This document shows, piece by piece, positions 27,107-32,000 of a stretch of 32,000 nt of DNA. The notes beneath the pieces were generated by a model. It saw only the letters and a list, made by a program, of their open reading frames with translations, was not told the DNA's origin and searched no databases. Location: positions 4,487 to 36,486 of the forward strand of contig NZ_JAQFIQ010000024.1 in NCBI RefSeq assembly GCF_029504745.1, written 5' to 3'. How positions within the stretch are numbered: position 1 is the first letter of the stretch; every line of letters starts with the position of its first letter. Both the position numbers and the translations under genes were made by a program. The DNA comes from Breznakia sp. PF5-3. GTDB lineage: Bacteria > Bacillota_I > Bacilli_A > Erysipelotrichales > Erysipelotrichaceae.

Positions 27107-27475
27107 TTATTCTTCAATTTCCTTCCATCCGTTTTCATCTGTATATAAATATTTATGCCAATTTCCATCAACATACCTTTCCCATAAATTGACCGTGTTG
27201 GGCTTATCTACATCTCTCCCTACTAGTCTAGTGGGCGTAATCAAATCATAATTACAATATTCCAATGGATCCTCTATTTCAATCCATTCACCCGTCTCAA
27301 TTTGAAAAGTATCTAAATATTTGTACACTTCTTCTATCGTATGAAACCGTTTTGATTGCTTTGCAAAATCGTCTTTTTCTGTATCGTACAAGAAAAGACA
27401 ATATTCATCAGAAAGATTTGCTACCATTGCTTTCTTAAATTTTGCATGCCCTTCAATAAATGTATATTTTCTCAT
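27107..27475 (-). CDS. Hypothetical acidic 122-aa cytoplasmic protein
   Basis: Start trimmed from 27511 to ATG 27473-27475 behind AAGGAGAGG. No recognisable motif. It is the last gene before the terminator. Confidence 0.65.
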   Translation of the reverse strand: MRKYTFIEGHAKFKKAMVANLSDEYCLFLYDTEKDDFAKQSKRFHTIEEVYKYLDTFQIETGEWIEIEDPLEYCNYDLITPTRLVGRDVDKPNTVNLWERYVDGNWHKYLYTDENGWKEIEE

Positions 27476-27486
27476 GCCTCTCCTTA

Positions 27487-27837
27487 TCAATCCACAAATA
27501 AATAACCACAAAATATATATAGCATATTAATATAAAAAGCATCCACACCAAAGAAGTTAAACACTTCACTCACACTAGCAAAAGTAAATAAATTAAATTG
27601 CATAAACAATAGAAATATAACAATTAAAATAGCAATTAATTTCTTGTATACATTTCCATTTCGTCTACCTTTGGATGCATTCAATGTTGCACCAAATACA
27701 CAAAGTGCTACAACAATAATAATCTTAATAAGATTTCCGCTTAAGTTCGCTGATAAATAAGTAGAAATTAATCTAGTTACTAACGCACTTATAAAAATCA
27801 ATAAAAAGGGAACTCCTAATTTTCTAAAATCACTCAT
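27487..27837 (-). CDS. Hypothetical small membrane protein (116 aa, about 4 helices)
   Basis: Hydrophobic segments VPFLLIFISALVT, IIIVVALCVFGA, LIAILIVIFLLFM and INMLYIFCGYLF. ATGA start/stop overlap with ppiB at 27834-27837. Confidence 0.65.
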   Translation of the reverse strand: MSDFRKLGVPFLLIFISALVTRLISTYLSANLSGNLIKIIIVVALCVFGATLNASKGRRNGNVYKKLIAILIVIFLLFMQFNLFTFASVSEVFNFFGVDAFYINMLYIFCGYLFVD

Positions 27838-28268
27838 TCAACATTCTCCACAACAATACTTTCTATAACATCTCCACCACGCATATTACGCACAGCATCT
27901 ATATTATCAATTACTTTTCCAAATACTGTGTGAACACCATCTAAATGAGGTAGCTCTTCATGACAAATAAAGAACTGACAACATCCCGTATCTTCACCTC
28001 GATGCGCCATTGATAAAGATCCAATCTCATGTTTGTATGGGTTATTTTTTGTTTCACATGGTATTGTATATCCTAAATCACCTGATCCATTTCCATTTGG
28101 ACATCCCCCCTGTGATACAAACCCAGGAATTACACGATGAAACGTTTTTCCATCATAATAACCCTCTTTTATCAATTTCACAAAGTTAGCCACCGTTTTT
28201 GGTGCTCCATCTGCATATAATTCAAATGGAATCTTATCTCCATTTGTCATTGCAATCATACCTCTCAT
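27834..28268 (-). CDS. ppiB: Cyclophilin-type peptidyl-prolyl cis-trans isomerase
   Basis: FHRVIPGFVSQGGCP, SLSMAHRG and QFFICH...LDGVHTVFGKV. The 144-aa size is like the short Bacillus-type PpiB. The start could also be an internal ATG (28259 or 28250). Confidence 0.9.
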   Translation of the reverse strand: MRGMIAMTNGDKIPFELYADGAPKTVANFVKLIKEGYYDGKTFHRVIPGFVSQGGCPNGNGSGDLGYTIPCETKNNPYKHEIGSLSMAHRGEDTGCCQFFICHEELPHLDGVHTVFGKVIDNIDAVRNMRGGDVIESIVVENVE

Positions 28269-28310
28269 ATAGTATTACCATCCTCTCTCATTTTTGAATT
28301 TACTTTTGCT

Positions 28311-28319
28311 ATTATAACA
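28311..28319 (-). promoter_or_regulatory. Candidate extended -10 promoter for ppiB
   Basis: Minus strand has TGTTATAAT in the 53-nt gap between the protease stop and ppiB. Confidence 0.4.
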
Positions 28320-28321
28320 TA

Positions 28322-29290
28322 TTAAACAATTCTAATATATTGTTTTGAAGGAAAAATCTGAATTTTCTTATTTCTAAAAATTTTATTTCCCAACACTCCT
28401 GCAATCTCCAAATTTTTAAACATATCTACTCTTCCTGTCATTATTTTCTGTAATGATATTTTAGAATCATATAAATATAAATCCAATGTATGGATAATTG
28501 ATAAATCCATAGACTCCATCCCTAAAACACCCATTCCATAAGCTTTTTGTTCAATATCAACATCCAAGTTAGAACGATTTACATAATTCTCTCCTAGCCA
28601 ACTTTCTTTAGCCCCACTATCAAATCCAAAAATAGCAGGTTTATGATTTTGATCAAGCAAACAAACGCAAGGAAAACTTGAAGGAATAAAATTCTTTATA
28701 AAAAAATCTTCTTGCTGCCTTAAAAGCGAAAAAGTACTATGTACATCATCTATCTCAAAATCAAAATTACGTAATATATCCCAACCAATTATTCCATCAA
28801 ACTTCATTACCTTAATATTCACATAGGGAATAGAAAAATCTTTATCATCTAATAATACAAGAGGTTGATTTTGAATTTCAACAGCTCCAAAAAACAATTT
28901 AGAAATGGTTACACAAGAAGCCTGTTTGCTTCTTCCTCCAATACTTCCCACATGTACAACCTGTTCGATTGGTTGCACTTCCAAATCGCTTACACTCTTC
29001 TTCAAAATTCCGCTAATCTGTGCTCCAGTATCAATTAAAAAGGTCATTGTTTTTCCTTGCGTTTTTACACTCCCTACATACAATCCCATAAGATTCTTTT
29101 TTATTTTCATTGTAAAGGTAGGTAAATGAAAAATTATTTTCCGCTTTTCAAACCCATTGAATTGATGAAAAACATCAAGTTCTTGGTAAAGTGTTGGAGC
29201 ATATGTATCATGATATTCTTGAACTGCCTGTACCTCATTCAAGGTATAGCGTTTTGTTTTTTCAACTTTAGTTTTTGGTAATATAAACAT
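28322..29290 (-). CDS. Cytoplasmic protein with two tandem retropepsin-like aspartic protease lobes
   Basis: N-lobe has TFLIDTGAQISGI (D87-T-G-A) and FDGIIGWDIL (166-173). C-lobe has FGFDSGAKESWL (D224-S-G-A) and IAGVLGNKIF (296-305). No signal peptide or TM segment. GGAGGTG lies 5 nt upstream of the ATG. Confidence 0.7.
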   Translation of the reverse strand: MFILPKTKVEKTKRYTLNEVQAVQEYHDTYAPTLYQELDVFHQFNGFEKRKIIFHLPTFTMKIKKNLMGLYVGSVKTQGKTMTFLIDTGAQISGILKKSVSDLEVQPIEQVVHVGSIGGRSKQASCVTISKLFFGAVEIQNQPLVLLDDKDFSIPYVNIKVMKFDGIIGWDILRNFDFEIDDVHSTFSLLRQQEDFFIKNFIPSSFPCVCLLDQNHKPAIFGFDSGAKESWLGENYVNRSNLDVDIEQKAYGMGVLGMESMDLSIIHTLDLYLYDSKISLQKIMTGRVDMFKNLEIAGVLGNKIFRNKKIQIFPSKQYIRIV

Positions 29291-29307
29291 TGTTTCACCT
29301 CCATGTA

Positions 29308-29325
29308 ATTATAACATGTTATAAT
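29308..29325. promoter_or_regulatory. 18-bp perfect palindrome made of two back-to-back extended -10 elements (divergent promoters or operator)
   Basis: ATTATAACATGTTATAAT reads TGTTATAAT on the plus strand (29317-29325) and TGTTATAAT on the minus strand (29308-29316). It is centred in the 59-bp gap between ATG 29290 (-) and ATG 29350 (+). Confidence 0.5.
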
Positions 29326-29349
29326 AAAAAACAAGGAGGTATCTATAAT

Positions 29350-30195
29350 ATGAAAACAAATAAAGATAAATTGGTCATGCATTCATTAACTGGTAAAATC
29401 CATCATCCTACAAACAAAGGATATCGAGTAGGATTTGATGGTGTTGGAAGAATCTTACCAGCTACTGGAGGTATTACATATAATTTTCAAATTGGTGATA
29501 ATTGCATGGGCATTGTTGGAGATCATGTAGAACCTGGAGTAAGTATTCAAAATCCAAACCATGACGAAAATCCAGCTTTACAACTATTTAGCTGCGTTGG
29601 AAATACCGTACGTATTACTAGTGGTGATGCCAAAGGAAAAATGGGCGTCATCACTGGGACTCATGGTGGAATTGAACATGCTTTTGTATACTTTGATGAA
29701 GATACTTTAGATTTATTAAATGGTGATGAAAGCATGCTTATAAAAGGTTTTGGACAAGGTTTAGAACTTCTTGATTACCCTAATATCAAAGTATTAAATC
29801 TAGATCCTAAACTATTGAGTAAAATGCATCTTCACGAAACTAAAGGTGTTCTAGAAATTGGTGTTACTCATATCATTCCAGCATTCTTGATGGGATCTGG
29901 ATTAGGTGCTAACACACTTGCAAATGGTGATTATGATATTATGACACAAGATAAAGAAATGAATAAAAAATATCATCTAGATACTTTACGCTTTGGTGAT
30001 ATTGTAGCAATTCAAGATCATAATTCAATCAATGGTCCTCACTTTTCAGAAGGTGCTTGGACAATTGGTATTATCGTTCACAGCGATTCATACACTTCAG
30101 GACATGGTCCTGGTGTATGTGCTTTATTTACATCCAAAGATGGTTCATTAAAACCATTTATTGAAAAAGATGCAAACCTAAAAAACTATCTTTAA
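29350..30195 (+). CDS. Conserved hypothetical protein, DUF4438-like (family assignment from memory, not verified)
   Basis: 281 aa from ATG 29350, 10 nt after AAGGAGG; the TTG at 29290 in the track is rejected. Contains KOW/SH3-like strings GNTVRITSGDAKGKMGVITG and FGDIVAIQD...IGIIVHSD. Confidence 0.55.
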   Translation: MKTNKDKLVMHSLTGKIHHPTNKGYRVGFDGVGRILPATGGITYNFQIGDNCMGIVGDHVEPGVSIQNPNHDENPALQLFSCVGNTVRITSGDAKGKMGVITGTHGGIEHAFVYFDEDTLDLLNGDESMLIKGFGQGLELLDYPNIKVLNLDPKLLSKMHLHETKGVLEIGVTHIIPAFLMGSGLGANTLANGDYDIMTQDKEMNKKYHLDTLRFGDIVAIQDHNSINGPHFSEGAWTIGIIVHSDSYTSGHGPGVCALFTSKDGSLKPFIEKDANLKNYL

Positions 30196-30200
30196 ACAAA

Positions 30201-30234
30201 AAAGGATAAGATCAATTAAATGATCTTATCCTTT
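30201..30234. terminator. Bidirectional terminator between convergent genes
   Basis: 14-bp perfect stem AAAGGATAAGATCA / TGATCTTATCCTTT with a 6-nt loop. The minus-strand side is followed by TTTTTGTTT and the plus-strand side by the weaker GTTAATTTC. Confidence 0.7.
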
Positions 30235-30235
30235 G

Positions 30236-30937
30236 TTAATTTCTATTATTTCCAACAATTCGTAAGATATATAGGAAGATATTAATAAAATCCAAATACA
30301 AATCAAATGCTGAATAAATTGATAATCGTTGTAACATTGTATCATCATTTTCATATGCATGATATAGCTTCTTCATCTTTTGAGTATCCCATGCTGTCAA
30401 TCCAGCAAAAATTAGTAACCCAATCATAGAATAAATAAATACATTTACATCTAAATTAAAAATCCAAGTAATCATTCCATATACAATTAACGCAAGTAAA
30501 CCTGCTATTGCAATCGTTCCAACTTTTGTAAGATCACGCTTTGTCGTATATCCAATAACTACTAAACTTCCAAAGAATAAAGCAGCCATTCCAAATGCTA
30601 ATCCAATACTTCCCAAACTATAAACAACACCTAGTGTAGAGAATGTAAAACCCGTTAATACAGCATATGCGATATAAAGAATCTTTGCTGATGTTGGATT
30701 CATCTTCATCAATCTTGCTGCCAATGCGATTACTACTCCTAATTGTGCAAGAACCACAATAATTGGTAACATTGGGATACTGTTCCATAGGTTATATACA
30801 AATGCTGGATTTAAATTCATCAATATTGCAATACCAAAGGTAATGCCTAAACCTAAAAACATCCAAAAAAACGTTTTCGTTACATGATTTTGTAAAGTAT
30901 ATTTATTACTGGCTGAGCCTTGTTCATAAATTTCCAT
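30236..30937 (-). CDS. Bax-inhibitor-1/YccA family membrane protein
   Basis: Seven hydrophobic helices and the C-terminal motif GLTAWDTQKMK...LDFINIF. Start moved from 30952 to ATG 30935-30937, because the GGAGG at 30946-50 lies inside the longer ORF, 8 nt upstream of this ATG. Confidence 0.85.
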   Translation of the reverse strand: MEIYEQGSASNKYTLQNHVTKTFFWMFLGLGITFGIAILMNLNPAFVYNLWNSIPMLPIIVVLAQLGVVIALAARLMKMNPTSAKILYIAYAVLTGFTFSTLGVVYSLGSIGLAFGMAALFFGSLVVIGYTTKRDLTKVGTIAIAGLLALIVYGMITWIFNLDVNVFIYSMIGLLIFAGLTAWDTQKMKKLYHAYENDDTMLQRLSIYSAFDLYLDFINIFLYILRIVGNNRN

Positions 30938-31071
30938 AATATAATCCTCCATTCAATTATTTATTATAATACATGATAACATATCACACACACATTATCA
31001 ATTTAATGACAGCATAGATATTCCCTTGTTCAATTTCTTATTTTTAGTTACAAATATACTACCTCAAGCTT

Positions 31072-31542
31072 TTAATTGCTACTTATATTCGCATACCTAC
31101 CATTTACAGCAAATAATAAATCATCTGGTGATAATTCAATATGAAAGCCTCTTTTTCCACCACTGACAATGATTCCTTGTTGATTTTTAGCACTTTCATC
31201 CAATACTGTTTCAAACTGTTTTTTCATTCCAATAGGACTACATCCTCCTCTAATATATCCACTCAAAGGCAATATTTCTTTCATAGGTATCATTGCAATT
31301 GATTTTTCTCGAACAACTTTAGCAGCTTTTTTCAAATTTAACTCATGGATTATAGGAATTACAAATACATAATTTTTTTTACTTTTCCCCTCGGTAACTA
31401 ATGTTTTGTATATTTTTTCTGCTGGTTGGTTCAATACCTCTACCACATGCATACTTTCAAAATCATCCTTTACTTCATAATGATACTCTATATAGGATAT
31501 ATGCTTCGCATCTAAAATCCGCATTGCATTTGTTTTTTTCAC
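31072..31542 (-). CDS. ybaK: Cys-tRNA(Pro)/Cys-tRNA(Cys) deacylase, YbaK/EbsC family
   Basis: KKTNAMRILD...YKTLV...GYIRGGCSPIGMKK. GTG 31540-31542 (6 nt after AAAGGGG) is preferred over ATG 31548, which directly abuts the SD. Confidence 0.85.
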   Translation of the reverse strand: MKKTNAMRILDAKHISYIEYHYEVKDDFESMHVVEVLNQPAEKIYKTLVTEGKSKKNYVFVIPIIHELNLKKAAKVVREKSIAMIPMKEILPLSGYIRGGCSPIGMKKQFETVLDESAKNQQGIIVSGGKRGFHIELSPDDLLFAVNGRYANISSN

Positions 31543-31691
31543 AAGCATCCCCTTTCATCATAAAAATAATTATACTCATATAATACAATTATAAATTTAT
31601 TATATCATTTTAAAACTTTCTACATCAATAATATATAACGTAAATTGAAAAAGTAAATTCCAGTTTTAAAAAAACAGAATGATTCTGAAAG

Positions 31692-31733
31692 AAACTTCCA
31701 GTATGACGAATAGTACAGGAAGTTTTTTGTTGT
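31692..31733 (+). terminator. Orphan terminator-like hairpin in a gene-free 360-bp region
   Basis: AAACTTCC / GGAAGTTT stem, extendable by GTA/TAC across one A-A mismatch, followed on the plus strand by TTTTGTTG. No plus-strand ORF lies upstream. Confidence 0.45.
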
Positions 31734-31906
31734 AGAATAAGATTTATCAGTGACAAATCTATTGTGTACATAAATAGATTACATGATGAAAACCCAAATA
31801 TTTATTCATAATCAAAAATTTCTTTAAGTTACTTCCATATTTGGTTTGTTTGTAATTGCTTCTTTACAAAGTGTTTCTTCTTTATGTGGTTTGCTTTTAA
31901 AAGCAT

Positions 31907-32000
31907 TTATTTCTTCTTAAATAGCAGTGATGATAATGTTACTTCATCAGGCTCTAATTCTTTTAAATTGAATGCTTTCAGTATATCCTCATAATCTTCA
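31907..32000 (-). CDS. Possible 3' end (31 codons) of a CDS entering from the right edge; unidentifiable
   Basis: This is the only frame open to the window edge: ...EDYEDILKAFNLKELEPDEVTLSSLLFKKK, then TAA at 31907-31909. It is too short to separate from chance. Confidence 0.3.
   Translation of the reverse strand, partial: EDYEDILKAFNLKELEPDEVTLSSLLFKKK

Noticed and set aside
28105-28110. G6 (C6 on the plus strand) run inside ppiB as a phase-variation tract
   Set aside because: It encodes the invariant cyclophilin QGG motif in a housekeeping gene and is only 6 nt long. It serves as a caution that G6 runs occur here without regulatory meaning.
26537-30195. The idea that the accessory patch (orphans, membrane protein, protease, DUF4438) is a phage-defence or toxin-antitoxin system
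   Set aside because: No nuclease, NTPase, helicase, methylase, TIR/SIR2, reverse-transcriptase or toxin-like motifs were seen in any of the translations. The genes are split by terminators into at least three transcription units. Only the protease and DUF4438 linkage is supported by sequence features.
31679-31735. 18-codon ORF (MILKETSSMTNSTGSFLL) overlapping the orphan hairpin
   Set aside because: It has no SD (preceded by AAAAAAACAGA). Its sequence is dictated by the hairpin arms, and it is too short to support.
1-32000. Search for CRISPR arrays, tRNA or rRNA genes, IS elements, integrases and prophage remnants
   Set aside because: No regularly spaced direct repeats, cloverleaf-capable GC-rich segments or transposase/recombinase-like ORFs were seen on either strand. 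The only intergenic gaps longer than 150 nt are 16124-16286, 26951-27106 and 31549-31906. The first two hold promoter- or terminator-type signals; the third is gene-free with an orphan hairpin, reported as a separate finding.

Overview
Low-GC, Firmicute-style chromosomal segment: GGAGG-type Shine-Dalgarno sites, TTG/GTG alternative starts, TGnTATAAT promoters and hairpin plus T-tract terminators. Positions 1-21626 form one continuous minus-strand locus of 22 genes for a cell-wall or surface polysaccharide. It contains rmlA-rmlC-rmlB and a 3-amino-3,6-dideoxyhexose module (FdtA/QdtA-like isomerase, DegT-family aminotransferase, GNAT acetyltransferase). It also has a Wzx-type flippase, eight GT2/GT4 genes (two of them two-domain enzymes), a polytopic GT-C-like protein and a Wzm/Wzt ABC exporter. 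A GacI/GacJ-like GT2 plus small membrane protein pair, galE and a split Alg14/Alg13-like transferase complete it. The rest is mostly housekeeping: M29 aminopeptidase, typA, a CE4 polysaccharide deacetylase, a SpoU-family RNA methyltransferase, ppiB, a BI-1/YccA family protein and YbaK. Between these lies a small accessory patch at 26.5-30.2 kb. It holds two orphan small proteins, a small membrane protein, a cytoplasmic protein carrying two retropepsin-like aspartic protease lobes (DTGA and DSGA), and a divergent DUF4438-like gene. The protease and DUF4438-like genes share a 59-bp control region centred on an 18-bp perfect palindrome made of two back-to-back TGTTATAAT elements. I saw no rRNA, tRNA, CRISPR array, transposase, integrase or recognisable defence genes. 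All family calls rest on motifs read by eye, because no database search was possible. The items most worth follow-up are the tandem retropepsin protein with its palindromic divergent promoter, the GNAT-containing amino-sugar module, the G7 tract at the domain junction of the GT2-GT4 fusion, and the extended C-terminus of Wzt.
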